A stretch of DNA of 64,000 bases from Candidatus Saccharimonadales bacterium (GTDB lineage Bacteria > Patescibacteriota > Saccharimonadia > Saccharimonadales > JBGSXW01): contig JBGSXW010000002.1 of the NCBI GenBank assembly GCA_041751215.1, positions 3,123 through 67,122 on the forward strand, given 5' to 3'. Positions 36,238 through 46,022 of the stretch are shown one piece after another (the stretch's first letter is position 1; each line of letters begins with the position of its first letter). The notes under the pieces were generated by a model, which was not told where the DNA came from, made no database searches, and was given only the letters and a program-made list of their open reading frames with translations. The position numbers and the translations under genes were made by a program.

Positions 36238-37683
36238 ATGCACCATGTCGACCCCGACAATCATCGCCAGCGAGTTATTATTCGTGGCTCAATGTATGCA
36301 ATTTTTTCGGCGCTGTTAGTCGCGGTAACCTTCTTGTTTGTATTAGCCGCTCAAGGGTATGACTACGATCGTCAAACTGGTGCGATTATTCATAATGGCT
36401 TAGTTATGTTGCGCAGCAAGCCGGTTGCTGCCGAGGTTTACATCAACGGGTCTAAAGAATCGTCTAACACTCCGGCTCGACTAGCGTTGCCAGAAGGAGA
36501 ATACGACCTTGAACTAAGGGCTAAGGGTTATCGCACTTGGTCGCATCCACTTAAGGTTGTTGGGTCTACGCTTCATTGGTATAGCTATCCCCTGCTGATC
36601 AGCCAGTCGCCAGTTACAAGTCCGGTGAGAATCTATGATGACATGGGCATAGTCTCGCAAAGCCTAAACCAAAATCGCCTACTAGTTCAAACCGGAGTAA
36701 GAGCTCAGACCTTTGATCGCTACGACCTGTCTGCACCGCAAGCTTCGCCAGTTCGACTACGAATGCCTGAGGCAATTTATGATCGAACAGGAAATCTGTC
36801 TGTGGTGGAGTGGGCCGACAATAATCGACACGTTTTGCTGCGGCATGAAAAGCCAAACTCAACTCCAAACTACTTGGTTTTTGACACCGAGCAGCCGGGT
36901 CGCTCGGTTAGTCTTAAAAATCGCCAAATTGCGAATCACCCAGACTTACAGGTGACGCTTAGAGACGGCGACTGGAACCGACTTTTAGTTGTCTCGGATC
37001 AAACTCTGCGCACAATCGATATTGCGTCGAATTCACCGGCCCGAATTCTGGCGCGTAACGTAAGTGAGGCGATTAGTTTCGACGGATCAATTTATGCGGT
37101 CAGTGACATAAACGACCGCGCTGCCATTCGCCGCTACACCGAAGAAGGTTGGGTGCTGGTGTACTCAAATCCTCAGCTTAAGACTGAGCTGGTTCTTAGG
37201 GCCAGCAGTTATGAAAATGAAACTCAGTTAGCCGCTTGGGACAAAACAGCTGGCCTAGTGTACGTTATCGCCAACCCGCAAGATGCCGACGACGATACGC
37301 CGGCGCGTTCTAGTCGTGTGGTTAAGCTCCGTGACATTCAAAATGTTGGCTTTGCACCGCTGGGCCGGTTCTTAATGGTGCGCTCACCGGATAAAGTCGT
37401 TGTTTTAGACTTTGAAGCGCTAAGTCGCTATCAGCTTTTACCTAGCACAGATACGCCGACGAGCAGCGTGCGCTGGCTAGATGAGTTTAGATTAATCGAA
37501 AACAGCAACGACAAAGTAACTATGATGGACTTTGATGGCTACAATCGTGCACTTATTCGCAGTTCTGATCCAAATCGAACAGCCTACCTATCGAGCGATA
37601 AGCGCTACATCTACTCAATTCGCCCAAGCGCCAAGACTTCGCAGAGCATACTGGAGCTAACTAACCTACGCGCCTCGCCTTAG
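36238..37683 (+). CDS. PEGA-domain membrane protein
   Basis: 481 aa with an N-terminal TM helix and VYINGSKESSNTPARLALPEGEYDLELRAKGY (PEGA motif). Confidence 0.7.
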   Translation: MHHVDPDNHRQRVIIRGSMYAIFSALLVAVTFLFVLAAQGYDYDRQTGAIIHNGLVMLRSKPVAAEVYINGSKESSNTPARLALPEGEYDLELRAKGYRTWSHPLKVVGSTLHWYSYPLLISQSPVTSPVRIYDDMGIVSQSLNQNRLLVQTGVRAQTFDRYDLSAPQASPVRLRMPEAIYDRTGNLSVVEWADNNRHVLLRHEKPNSTPNYLVFDTEQPGRSVSLKNRQIANHPDLQVTLRDGDWNRLLVVSDQTLRTIDIASNSPARILARNVSEAISFDGSIYAVSDINDRAAIRRYTEEGWVLVYSNPQLKTELVLRASSYENETQLAAWDKTAGLVYVIANPQDADDDTPARSSRVVKLRDIQNVGFAPLGRFLMVRSPDKVVVLDFEALSRYQLLPSTDTPTSSVRWLDEFRLIENSNDKVTMMDFDGYNRALIRSSDPNRTAYLSSDKRYIYSIRPSAKTSQSILELTNLRASP

Positions 37684-38789
37684 TTGAAGAGCCAGTCTTT
37701 AATTTTTTCGATAAACGATTGTGAGTTGCCGGGAACAATTTGAGATTCGGGTGAGATGACTTGGCTGGCCGGGGCCTTGCTGGTTGGGGTTGGGCTGATT
37801 TGCTCGCCCTGAATAATTAGACGGCGCCAGTTGGTCCCTGGAGGCGTGCAAGTAATCAGGGTGGTCGTTGGCTTAGCTGTCGGCTGAATGACCGAAAAGT
37901 CAGACGGATCAACCACCTGCTTGTTGTAGACTCGGTAAACATAGCGTTTGCCTTGATAGTGCAAAACAAAGGTGTCGCCTTTCTCCAGCTTGCCTAGGAG
38001 CGTAAAGACATACTTAAACTTGCCGCCGTTAAAAAAGTTGCTACTGGAGTGACCAAGAATCACATTGTTGCCCGGCTGGCCTGGCAGTGCAGTGGTTCCA
38101 TAGTGTACTACTCCGCGTTCTAGCGCCTCCTGAACTTTTTCTTCTTCGTAACTCTTTTCGTCATAAACAACTGGAACATCAACTTTAATTTTCGGGATTA
38201 TGATTCGTGGCTCTTGGCCGATGGCGACTTTCGAATTGGGGTCGATAATGACCGGACTACTGCTTGATCCACTTGGAGCAACGAACTGTTTGATTTGAGC
38301 GGTGGCAAGCTGGTTGTAGTTCATCAGCAACACAACACTGCCGGCGGCAAGCGCAATTAAGACTGGCTTAATGTGGTGTGAGTGCTTCTTGGCTCGTTTT
38401 TTGGAACGCTCGATTATTTGTTGCTTGAGCTGGGCGACATTTTGAGGTTGATTGCTATCAGCTTGCGCAGCTGGCCGCGGTGTGGGTGCAGCTGACGGTT
38501 GTTGAGTGGCCTGATATTCGGTCCAGAGTTGGTACTTCTCCTCCTGGCTGAGTCCAGCATAGTAGTTATGCCAAGCTGTTTGCTGATTGGGTGAATGACC
38601 GTGGGCGTCAAAGAATCGCCTTGTTAAGTGGTGCGGATCAGAGGTTGGCTCGCCATAGCTTTTTGAAACCTGGCTTCTGGCATAATCAACAGCAGCGTCG
38701 TCGCCTTGCCCTTTGCTATGATCTGGCTGTCCTTGGTCCGTCGATCCCACCCGTTCTTCTCCAGTTTGCTTATTTGAATGACTATTCAT
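37680..38789 (-). CDS. sortase-family transpeptidase
   Basis: 369 aa with a TM helix, NVILGHSS (His) and TLITCTPPG (TLxTC Cys). Confidence 0.8.
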   Translation of the reverse strand: MNSHSNKQTGEERVGSTDQGQPDHSKGQGDDAAVDYARSQVSKSYGEPTSDPHHLTRRFFDAHGHSPNQQTAWHNYYAGLSQEEKYQLWTEYQATQQPSAAPTPRPAAQADSNQPQNVAQLKQQIIERSKKRAKKHSHHIKPVLIALAAGSVVLLMNYNQLATAQIKQFVAPSGSSSSPVIIDPNSKVAIGQEPRIIIPKIKVDVPVVYDEKSYEEEKVQEALERGVVHYGTTALPGQPGNNVILGHSSSNFFNGGKFKYVFTLLGKLEKGDTFVLHYQGKRYVYRVYNKQVVDPSDFSVIQPTAKPTTTLITCTPPGTNWRRLIIQGEQISPTPTSKAPASQVISPESQIVPGNSQSFIEKIKDWLFN

Positions 38790-38858
38790 GGTTATTTATG
38801 GTGTATGGCCTGCATTATAGTACAATTATCCCTGTTAGTCAGCTCCTGGATAGTTGCT

Positions 38859-38947
38859 GCCGCAGTGGCGGAACTGGTAGACGCGCTGGACTCAAAATCC
38901 AGTGAGGGTAAAACCTCGTGTCGGTTCGATTCCGACCTGCGGCACCA
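38859..38947 (+). tRNA. tRNA-Leu (anticodon CAA), long variable arm, encoded CCA
   Basis: Acceptor GCCGCAG/CTGCGGC, anticodon arm ctgga-CTCAAAA-tccag, T arm gtcGGTTCGATTCCgac and a 3' ACCA. Confidence 0.9.
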
Positions 38948-38968
38948 ATTGTGCAGGACATTTGTTAA

Positions 38969-39769
38969 CTAGTTTGGCTTGTTGCTACTCACAAGCCAAG
39001 CCGCACTTGTGACCACCTCAAAGGTTGGTCCTAACTTTTCCGCTAGCAAAACAGCGGCATTGGTCGCTAACTCGCTAATTGGATCACTGGCTGAGACGTC
39101 GGTTGAGCTGACCGAACCACCCGCAGCCACTAAGAGCTTTTGCTGATGAAAAACACCCAGTGTGGCCGGCAGGGTTTGGGTTAGGTCATGCAGCTGCATG
39201 ACCAGATCATGAACCGACATTGTGCTGGTAATGGGATGGGCTCGTTTTAGATGCTTGGCAGCCTTTTGCAGCTGCTCAAGCGACATTAAAAGTACTATCG
39301 AGTCTTGGTTCAGAAATCTTTGCAAGTCGTGCTCGATAGTATCAAAGCCATCTTGGGACAACACAACCGGCAAGTCTAAACGAAACTGCAGAAGCTCTAA
39401 AAGTAAACGCTGAGTTTCGCTATTATGCCCGACGCTGCCCGGGACTAGCAAGGCATCGGCGCTTTGCAGATGTTGCTTGATTTGATCACCAGCCGATTCC
39501 GAGAGGCTTCCAGAAGGATTACTCTTAGCAAAAATAATCTCTGGCTGGTGCGGCACTTTGCGCGCGAGTGTATCTGGCAAAACCAGAGTTACTTGACCTC
39601 GACCAGCTTGATTAGCTTGCAAAAACGATTGACTGGCATTGGCTAGATGATCAGAGGCGCCAACCAAAACCGCCACGCTCCCCGCTTTGGACTGCTGCTC
39701 CGGGCGTGACCACAGAATCTCCGGGAATAGCGGTTTATCAGTTTGGTTTAACCAAAACTCTTCAACCAT
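38969..39769 (-). CDS. hypothetical protein, possibly a YjeF C-terminal-like (NAD(P)HX dehydratase-like) fold
   Basis: 266 aa. VAVLVGAS..., LLVPGSVG and LLVAAGG resemble the ribokinase-like fold pattern; the assignment is weak. Confidence 0.4.
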   Translation of the reverse strand: MVEEFWLNQTDKPLFPEILWSRPEQQSKAGSVAVLVGASDHLANASQSFLQANQAGRGQVTLVLPDTLARKVPHQPEIIFAKSNPSGSLSESAGDQIKQHLQSADALLVPGSVGHNSETQRLLLELLQFRLDLPVVLSQDGFDTIEHDLQRFLNQDSIVLLMSLEQLQKAAKHLKRAHPITSTMSVHDLVMQLHDLTQTLPATLGVFHQQKLLVAAGGSVSSTDVSASDPISELATNAAVLLAEKLGPTFEVVTSAAWLVSSNKPN

Positions 39770-39771
39770 CG

Positions 39772-40287
39772 CTAGTTGGGAGAGATCTTAGCAGCGATTT
39801 CAGGGTACCGGAGGCTGAATTGCTCGCTGAGCTTGCAGTTGCCTTCGCAGGTAGGAATCCACCAGGATTGCGCTGAGTCTTTGCTGTTGCCGTAGAAGAA
39901 GTTAGTGTAAGTTCCATCCTTGAAAACCACAAAAACCTCCCAGGTGTCGGCCTTTTTTGTGGGCATTGTGATGTGAATGGTTGCGACTTCCGGCGGAGTG
40001 ACCTGGGAGTAGTCAATAAATGGAGCAACAAATTTGGCAGTAATTTCGTCGCGTTGAATCTGAGAAAACGCTGTTTGAGGCTCCATGACGATTACAGCTT
40101 GCTGATTTGATGCAGCAGCTACACTCGCGTCTTCTTTAGTTGTATCACCAACAAGCTCGGTGGTGGTGAGCTGGGTTTTGGGGCCAATTAGCATTGACAC
40201 CCCAAGGTAACCAAACAGTAGAAGTCCCGACACTACGGCCACAGTTATGACAACCGGAAAGGCTCGATCGGGCGTGATGTTTCTCAT
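39772..40287 (-). CDS. hypothetical membrane-anchored protein
   Basis: 171 aa with one N-terminal TM helix. It has a 4-nt overlap with xth. Confidence 0.5.
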   Translation of the reverse strand: MRNITPDRAFPVVITVAVVSGLLLFGYLGVSMLIGPKTQLTTTELVGDTTKEDASVAAASNQQAVIVMEPQTAFSQIQRDEITAKFVAPFIDYSQVTPPEVATIHITMPTKKADTWEVFVVFKDGTYTNFFYGNSKDSAQSWWIPTCEGNCKLSEQFSLRYPEIAAKISPN

Positions 40288-41243
40288 ATTGTTAATTCTA
40301 CACTGACTGGGCAGTGATCAGAACCCATGACATCTGCGTGAATCTGAGCAGACTTTATATTTTTAGCGAGCTTGCCTGAAGCCAAAAAGTAATCGATTCT
40401 CCAGCCAACATTTCGGGCTCGGGCATTGGCCCAGTGAGTCCACCAGGTGTAGTGGCCGTTGTCCTTATTGAACAACCGGAAAGTATCGATAAAACCCGCA
40501 TCAAGAAAATTATCGAATCCAGCGCGCTCTTCTTTGGTGAAGCCCTTTTTACCATCATTCTCTTTGGGCCTGGCGAGGTCATCTTCGGTGTGGGCGACGT
40601 TAAGATCGCCGCAAAAGACCACGGGCTTGCCGGGACTATTCGCCGCGCTGGCCTCACTGACGGCTGAGCCATCAGCTCCATCAGCGCTCTTGGCGCTCTG
40701 CGGTGTTGCCTCCTTCGGTGCTCGCTCCCCGTATTTTGCATACGCCTCGCTCCGCGCCTCATTGTCGCCTGGCATAGCATCCAAGCTAATAGCCCCGCTC
40801 TCTAGCCCCTTAAGATACTCCAAAAACGCCATATCCCAATGCTTGGCCCGTAGGTCTAGCCGGCTGAGGTCGTCCTTGGCGTTAGGTGTGTATACCGTAA
40901 CAAGATAAAACTTCTCAAACTCGGCGGTTATGACACGACCCTCTTTGTTTGGATCCCCATAGTTGTCGGCCATGTCGTACTTTTTAATTAGCTCCGGCGA
41001 GAAGCCGTTAATAACAGCTAAGGGTTTGACCTTTGAAAAAATGGCCGTCCCTGAATAACCTGGTTTGTCGGCGCTGTGCCAATACTCGCTATATTCGGGC
41101 AAGTCGATTACGGCTTGACCCTGCTTGGCTTTGGTTTCTTGCAGGCACAATACGTCTGGATTATATTTGGCTATAAATTTCTGAAACTCACCTTTCTTTA
41201 TAACCGCCCGAATCCCATTGACGTTCCAGCTGTAAATTCTCAT
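40284..41243 (-). CDS. xth: exodeoxyribonuclease III with an internal low-complexity insertion
   Basis: 319 aa with MRIYSWNVNGIRA, LCLQETK and GSDHCPV. It has a ~55-aa Ala/Ser/Glu-rich insert (DAMPGDNEARSEAYAKYGERAPKEATPQSAKSADGADGSAVSEASAANSPGKP). Confidence 0.9.
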   Translation of the reverse strand: MRIYSWNVNGIRAVIKKGEFQKFIAKYNPDVLCLQETKAKQGQAVIDLPEYSEYWHSADKPGYSGTAIFSKVKPLAVINGFSPELIKKYDMADNYGDPNKEGRVITAEFEKFYLVTVYTPNAKDDLSRLDLRAKHWDMAFLEYLKGLESGAISLDAMPGDNEARSEAYAKYGERAPKEATPQSAKSADGADGSAVSEASAANSPGKPVVFCGDLNVAHTEDDLARPKENDGKKGFTKEERAGFDNFLDAGFIDTFRLFNKDNGHYTWWTHWANARARNVGWRIDYFLASGKLAKNIKSAQIHADVMGSDHCPVSVELTI

Positions 41244-41438
41244 AAATTTAGTTTAGCACCTTTGACTAAATTGCCAGAACCTTGTAAAATAAACGCGTAC
41301 TTTAACAGTTCACACCTCCTTTGAGTACGGCACTTTGTTGCCCTTTTTTGCTTCATGGCACCAATGCGCCGTACTCAAAAGCTATCGACGGGAAATTCCT
41401 GTCACTATGTAGCATACGCGGCAGAGAGAAGGTTCGTC

Positions 41439-42218
41439 ATGACGACCGACGTCACCGACGAAATGCTTGGGCGCCTGTCCAAGAAGCACCACGAGTTGTA
41501 CCGAAGGGTCAGGGAGGGCTCACTCGATCCCGAGATGGTGCTCGATGGGCTGCAGTGGCTGATCGAAGGGGGCTTCAGATCAAAGCCGAAGCCGTTCCTT
41601 TTCGAACAGTCTGACGAGCAGCTCTTCAAGGCCATGGAGTGGTGGGGGCCGCACTTCAGCGATGTGGAATGGGAGGACGCCCAGTACCAGATCCCCGACT
41701 GGCCATCCGGAGGGCTTGTGGCTCCAGTGCTGGTTCCCTACTTCAGCACCGTCCAACAGACGTTCGAGCTGTTGTGGCGCACTGTCACCGAGGTTCACCC
41801 GACTATCACTCGCCGAGAGGACTTGCTGTCGGATCCAACCCACCTGAGGCCGTACACGGACACGGCATTCAAGAGCACCGATCACCCGGTCAACACCCTG
41901 CGCTGGGAGATCATTGACTTCAAGGGTGTCGACAACGCCATGCCATGTGAAGTGCGTCATGTGGGCTCACCCCATGCTGCCATCTTGGCCGCGGCCTGCC
42001 TCCATCCTGAATGGGTAAAGGCGATAGATGGCGGTGAAGTTCCAAACGTGTGGCTGTCTGGCTATGAAGTCAGTCTTGCTGGTGGCGAGAGGTGGTCGCA
42101 TGTTCCGGTTCTCGAGCTGTCGGGTGTCGGATCCCAGCTGCGACTCAGCGCCCATTTTGCCAGTGCCACTGAGCCGGGATATGCAAATCCAATCCGACGG
42201 AGGTTGTTAGAAGATTGA
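41439..42218 (+). CDS. hypothetical protein (single-gene GC-rich cassette)
   Basis: Start taken at Met29 of track ORF 41355..42218. Strong GC3 and no recognised motif. Confidence 0.55.
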   Translation: MTTDVTDEMLGRLSKKHHELYRRVREGSLDPEMVLDGLQWLIEGGFRSKPKPFLFEQSDEQLFKAMEWWGPHFSDVEWEDAQYQIPDWPSGGLVAPVLVPYFSTVQQTFELLWRTVTEVHPTITRREDLLSDPTHLRPYTDTAFKSTDHPVNTLRWEIIDFKGVDNAMPCEVRHVGSPHAAILAAACLHPEWVKAIDGGEVPNVWLSGYEVSLAGGERWSHVPVLELSGVGSQLRLSAHFASATEPGYANPIRRRLLED

Positions 42219-42283
42219 GCTTCGGCTCCTAGGAAGAACAGCTTCCAAGGTCTTCGGATCTTGGCTGTCAGAGCTTCCGCTTG

Positions 42284-42350
42284 AGGGGCATGAGTATGTT
42301 TGGAGATCGCTCAGCGATCATTAATACCAAACTGCTCATGCCCCTTTCTT
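42284..42350 (+). terminator. long-stem intrinsic terminator after the GC-rich cassette
   Basis: aggggcatgag...ctcatgcccct followed by TTTCTT. It is preceded by two UUCG-tetraloop hairpins (gagc-ttcg-gctc and ccaaggtc-ttcg-gatcttgg). Confidence 0.5.
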
Positions 42351-42432
42351 CATTCTTAAGATCTATTAAGCTAAATACGTAATTCCGGTCGCCTAATTCC
42401 CTTTCTTAATGTTGTCTGCTAGAGTTGTTGTG

Positions 42433-43137
42433 ATGAACAAACGAGTGTTAATTAAAGTTTCGGGCGAGCAACTAGCCGGTAAGCAAGAGAACGGTTTAGA
42501 TCGTGACTTTATGGAATGGCTCTCTAAAGAAATAAAAAAAGTTACAAGTGCTGGTATTGAAGTAGCTATCGTCGTTGGCGGCGGAAATTATATTCGGGGG
42601 GCTGATTTTGCCGGCGATGGCATTGAAGCAGCAACCGCTCACTACATGGGTATGATGGCAACTGTTATTAACGGCATGGGCCTAACGGACGTGCTGGAGC
42701 ATAACGGCGTGCCGACTCGTTTACAGACTAGCTTTGAAGTTAAGTCGGTTGCCGAGCCATTTATTCGTCGCCGAGCACTTCGTCATCTCGATAAAGGACG
42801 CGTAGTTATTTGCGCAGCCGGAACCGGACGTCCATTTGTAACCACCGATAGTGCTTCGGTCTTGTTTGCTCTTGAGCTAGGTTGCGACGTGGTCCTAAAG
42901 GCTACAAATGTTGACGGAGTTTATGACGACGATCCGGCTAAAAACGACCAAGCTAAACGCTTCGAAAGCCTATCGTTTCAAGAGGCCATCGAAAACCCCA
43001 AGATCAAGGTTATGGACAAGGCGGCAATCGGTCTTGCAATGGAACAAAAGCTGCCAATCGTAGTGTTTGATATTCGCCAAGAAGGTAATATTCTTAAAGC
43101 CGCTCAAGGGGACGGTATAGGAACAAAGATTTCCTGA
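42433..43137 (+). CDS. pyrH: UMP kinase
   Basis: MNKRVLIKVSGEQLAG and VVGGGNYIRG. An alternative upstream ATG lies at 42409. Confidence 0.9.
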   Translation: MNKRVLIKVSGEQLAGKQENGLDRDFMEWLSKEIKKVTSAGIEVAIVVGGGNYIRGADFAGDGIEAATAHYMGMMATVINGMGLTDVLEHNGVPTRLQTSFEVKSVAEPFIRRRALRHLDKGRVVICAAGTGRPFVTTDSASVLFALELGCDVVLKATNVDGVYDDDPAKNDQAKRFESLSFQEAIENPKIKVMDKAAIGLAMEQKLPIVVFDIRQEGNILKAAQGDGIGTKIS

Positions 43138-43140
43138 GAC

Positions 43141-43362
43141 GCTCTTTGTCGCTCCCGCGACGGGGTAATGACACCTTTTCAAAAAGGTGTCCCAAAAACT
43201 TTCACGCTACTACCAAAACACTCATGAACTTATTTCAGACAGAACTTGGGTGACTGCGGAGTCCGTCTGAACAGTCCTCATCACACCAGGCTCTGTCCTC
43301 GCAAGTTCAGAGGTTTTGATAGAGGCGGGGCCTCCGTCTTCTACCGGTAGGAGCAGGAAACC
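43141..43362. repeat. structured repeat, copy B (inverted relative to copy A)
   Basis: It starts 4 nt after the pyrH stop. Core 43146-43317 is the reverse complement of copy A with roughly 85-90 percent identity by eye. Confidence 0.7.
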
Positions 43363-43417
43363 TCCCTCCCCAAATTCAGGAGTTTTAGCTGATGCTTATA
43401 CCAAGAATAGGCTGAAG

Positions 43418-44518
43418 CTAGTTACGGCCTTGCTCGTTAAAGATTTCTTTGGCAACGTCCCACAGTTCTTGGTCGTTAAACTTGCTGTAGCGCCAGTACC
43501 ACCATTCGCTTCCCCACCAGTAGACATCGCGCATGCCCGTGGCCTTAACATAGCCAATGCGGCCTTTTAGGCGCTCGGCATCCATAGACTTGTCTTGCTC
43601 CTCTATGGATAGGTTTTGCGTAGCTTCCGGACCCCACGGCTCTCCTTGAAGCTCGTGAACTATAGAATCTCGTTGTTTGAGTAGTTTAATCCAGCCAGCG
43701 CGCAACCCGTGATACCAGCCTGGCATAGGGTATTCAAGATAAGCGTTGGTATAGGTGCCGTCATAAACTCGCTTATAAACAGAATGGCCGTAAATGTCGG
43801 GGGTCGGTTCGTTGATTGGTAGCCAGAAATTGCTACTCAGACTAACAATGACTGGATGATCTGGGTCTAGCTGCTTTACAAGATTATATTCACTGACTAG
43901 TCGTTCGCGTCGATGGTCTTTGCAGTCGCCAAAACTAACAATGAAGAACTCATTTTCTAATTGATAGCTCTCTAGCGCCGGACTATCTTTGTAGCGGTTA
44001 ACCACTACTTTTAGGTAGCTATTGACTGCATCTTCTAGTTCCCGGTCATTTAAGTTGGTGGCCCAGCTCGGCTCATGGCATTCGGGCCAGCGAGGCTGAC
44101 GCATGCCTATCGCTAGACTTATCTTTCCCTCGGCAGCTTCGATAATTTCAAATTGACGATCTAGGCTACTAAAGTTGTACTTTCCTGGCTGCGGTTCGTG
44201 CAGGTCCCAGTAGCTCATCAGACGGAATTGTTTTACCCCGAGATCATCAATAAGCGCTTTTAGGGCTTCCTCGCTGTCTAGCCCGTAGTCGCCGGCCTGC
44301 TTAGTCGAAAAGCTTACGCCGTGCCGATATGGTTGATTTGACTGAGATTGATACCAATAAAACAACACGGCTAGGTTTATCAGTGCTGCAAAGAGAATCG
44401 ACCCTAGCAGTGCCAGATAGATAACTCGCTGTTTGCTCACGTGTCGGCGGAACCGCTTTGGCCAGCTTTTTAGGCCCTTGGATTTCTTTAATTTACGCAT
44501 CTTAACAGTATACTGCAA
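43418..44518 (-). CDS. membrane-anchored TIM-barrel glycoside-hydrolase-like protein
   Basis: 366 aa with an N-terminal TM helix. The YQLENEFF (NE acid/base-like motif) and overall pattern resemble clan GH-A enzymes; the family is not assigned. Confidence 0.5.
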   Translation of the reverse strand: MQYTVKMRKLKKSKGLKSWPKRFRRHVSKQRVIYLALLGSILFAALINLAVLFYWYQSQSNQPYRHGVSFSTKQAGDYGLDSEEALKALIDDLGVKQFRLMSYWDLHEPQPGKYNFSSLDRQFEIIEAAEGKISLAIGMRQPRWPECHEPSWATNLNDRELEDAVNSYLKVVVNRYKDSPALESYQLENEFFIVSFGDCKDHRRERLVSEYNLVKQLDPDHPVIVSLSSNFWLPINEPTPDIYGHSVYKRVYDGTYTNAYLEYPMPGWYHGLRAGWIKLLKQRDSIVHELQGEPWGPEATQNLSIEEQDKSMDAERLKGRIGYVKATGMRDVYWWGSEWWYWRYSKFNDQELWDVAKEIFNEQGRN

Positions 44519-44630
44519 CGCGCCGCGGTTCGGAGACTTGAGCTTAAGCTTTTTTAGAACTGATCACACGCTCGTAAAGTCTTGCCTAGTTTGATACGCT
44601 TACCCCACTATTTTGCACAAGCACCCCACA

Positions 44631-45437
44631 ATGAAAAAACTAAAGATTGCCGTCATCATTCCGGTCTATAACGAGACCAACTATATTGAGGACTGTCTTG
44701 AGGCCGTTTTTAATCAAACTCGTTTAGCCGATGAAGTTATCGTGGTCGACAACAACTCCACGGATAATACTATTGAGATCTGCAAGCGATTTCCGGTTGA
44801 TATTTTGCATGAACCACAGCAAGGGCAAGTATTTGGACGGCTCAGGGGCTTTAATGCAGCCTCTAGCGAGATCCTAGTTACGATTGATGCTGACACTATT
44901 TTAGATCCCGGCTGGCTGGCCGAAGTTCAGACGCGTTTCTCCAAAGACCCCAATGCAGCAGTAACTAGCCTAATCAGTGTTTACGACGGCCGTGTCCGAG
45001 GCTTAATCAACCTGGCCATGCGAGTCATTTACGTAAGCCAAAAGTTAATAACCAGGTCTTACGGTCTGTACGGCTCGGGGATGGCTTTATCTAAACAGGA
45101 CTGGCTCAAGATTAGGGATCAAATCCACCTCGACCCTAGCTACTGCGAAGACCTAGAAATAGGAATTTTGCTAAACAGACTTGGCCGAAAGATTCAATTA
45201 ATCAGCAAGCCCCGGATTGGTATATCTTGTCGCCGCGCTGGTTCATCTTCGCGTGCGCTACTTCCCTATCTACTTCAGTGGCCTCGAACCGTCTGGGCCT
45301 ATAACAAGGCGCAAGCGGCATTCATTTACCCGTTTGTGGTCTTTATGTGGCTCGGTGCGCTGCCGCTTCATGTTGTGCTTTATGGTTCGTTTAAAGACTG
45401 GCCGGACCGGTTGAAAAATAAGGTTCGCGCTCAATAG
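44631..45437 (+). CDS. family 2 glycosyltransferase
   Basis: IAVIIPVYNE, VIVVDNNSTDNT and TIDADT. Confidence 0.85.
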   Translation: MKKLKIAVIIPVYNETNYIEDCLEAVFNQTRLADEVIVVDNNSTDNTIEICKRFPVDILHEPQQGQVFGRLRGFNAASSEILVTIDADTILDPGWLAEVQTRFSKDPNAAVTSLISVYDGRVRGLINLAMRVIYVSQKLITRSYGLYGSGMALSKQDWLKIRDQIHLDPSYCEDLEIGILLNRLGRKIQLISKPRIGISCRRAGSSSRALLPYLLQWPRTVWAYNKAQAAFIYPFVVFMWLGALPLHVVLYGSFKDWPDRLKNKVRAQ

Positions 45438-45963
45438 CGCAGCTAGACCACAGTCCGACCGATTTGGCCTCAGCGTAAAGCTGGGCCTGAGTAAACGTTT
45501 CCATCTTGGTGTGAGGAAAGGCTAAAACTGCAAAGCCAAATCCTTGTTCGATTAGTTGTTGGTTAAAAAGCTGGTCGTCCTCGGTGTAAACAAAACGAAG
45601 CAAGCGTTTGTAGCGGTCACGGTTGCCACTTAACGGATCGGCCTCTAGTCTCACAAACTGACCGGACAGTTGCTGCTTGGCAAAGTCGCTGGCTTCACGG
45701 CCAAAGCACTGCACCGGTTTGGATGGATGGTGAGTTTCTGGGGTGTCTACGCCGATTAGGCGAATGGTTTCCTTCTGCCCTGCCATATCAACAATTACTG
45801 TATCGCCGTCGCTGACTTCAACTATTCTGTAAGTGCCGGGCGGGTGCTGCCACCAGGAACTGATTTTGGCGTAGGCATTTGAATGATCGATTGTCCAAAC
45901 CAAGCCACCAAGCAGCGCAGCAACAATCAAAACCAGAATGGCAAAGCGAATAAAAAACTTCAT
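45391..45963 (-). CDS. thermonuclease (staphylococcal nuclease-like)
   Basis: 190 aa with a signal/TM segment, VSDGDTVIV and IRLIGVDTPE. Confidence 0.85.
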   Translation of the reverse strand: MKFFIRFAILVLIVAALLGGLVWTIDHSNAYAKISSWWQHPPGTYRIVEVSDGDTVIVDMAGQKETIRLIGVDTPETHHPSKPVQCFGREASDFAKQQLSGQFVRLEADPLSGNRDRYKRLLRFVYTEDDQLFNQQLIEQGFGFAVLAFPHTKMETFTQAQLYAEAKSVGLWSSCAIEREPYFSTGPASL

Positions 45964-46022
45964 ATTGCTACTTTAACCTTCACTACCTTGGAATAGTCTT
46001 AAGAATCGTCAAAACGAGGCAG

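Noticed and set aside
38591-38972. + strand ORFs 38591..38905 and 38778..38972
   Set aside because: They run antisense through the sortase 5' end and straight through the tRNA-Leu gene, so they are spurious.
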